From: an uncultured Clostridia bacterium
GTDB taxonomy: Bacteria > Aerophobota > Aerophobia > Aerophobales > B3-G15
Direction of reading: 5' to 3'
NCBI GenBank assembly: GCA_964482715.1
Contig: CAYZYX010000018.1
Span: 1-36,260 of the forward strand
Length of the DNA: 36,260 nucleotides
Shown: positions 36,141 to 36,260 of the stretch, piece after piece
Layout: every line of letters begins with the position of its first letter
How positions within the stretch are numbered: position 1 is the first letter of the stretch
Notes under the pieces: generated by a model
Told to the model about the DNA's origin: nothing
The model's database searches: none
What the model saw: the letters and a program-made list of their open reading frames with translations, nothing else
Position numbers and translations under genes: made by a program

Positions 36141-36260
36141 CTGACATTGGGACAGTTTTACCTGTACCTTTCGCTTTAGGCTCCCGGGTATCTCCCAGGA
36201 AGTGTGCCTCGCAAGAGGTTTATCTCACCTATTATTTTAGTGCAGCTCGGCCTCCGCTTT
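36141..36260. mobile_element. MITE-like dispersed element, copy 3 (cut by window end)
   Basis: Left TIR CTGACATTGGGACAGTTTT; 79 bp identical to copy 1, then diverges after TGCAGC. Confidence 0.8.

Noticed and set aside
5937-36260. Repeats as a CRISPR array, tRNA or known riboswitch
   Set aside because: Copies are dispersed kb apart with no repeat-spacer periodicity, no cas genes, no cloverleaf, and lie upstream of the promoters rather than in leaders.

Overview
AT-rich bacterial scaffold segment with one 100-N gap at 4678-4777. Gene content suggests an anaerobe; the lineage cannot be determined from the sequence. Mostly metabolic and housekeeping genes, in order: two small ORFs and an internally deleted MBL-fold pseudogene; a UroD/MtaA-family protein; an HDAC-family / pcm / membrane methyltransferase-like operon broken by the gap; an MrpA-less Mrp (E-F-G-DUF4040-B'-B-C-D) antiporter operon led by a PII-like protein and a stand-alone PTS EIIA; a homocitrate/Re-citrate synthase with a candidate attenuator leader; a sugar ABC + isomerase cassette; rubrerythrin; valS-TIGR00725-DUF1385; a DNA-repair-type radical SAM; a lipoprotein; a LipL-like enzyme divergent from an operon of three single-domain receivers, a soluble Cys-PAS kinase, fused MetV-MetF and GcvH; a convergently split Liv-type ABC transporter; and DUF72. 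The main unexplained non-coding signal is a dispersed 186-231 bp self-complementary element with ~20-bp terminal inverted repeats and no target-site duplication. It occurs three times (5937-6167, 24442-24627, 36141-end), plus a probable ~100-bp derivative (6172-6271), always in the same orientation just upstream of a minus-strand promoter. No rRNA, tRNA, CRISPR array, transposase or phage gene was recognised. All family calls are by motif recognition, without database searches.
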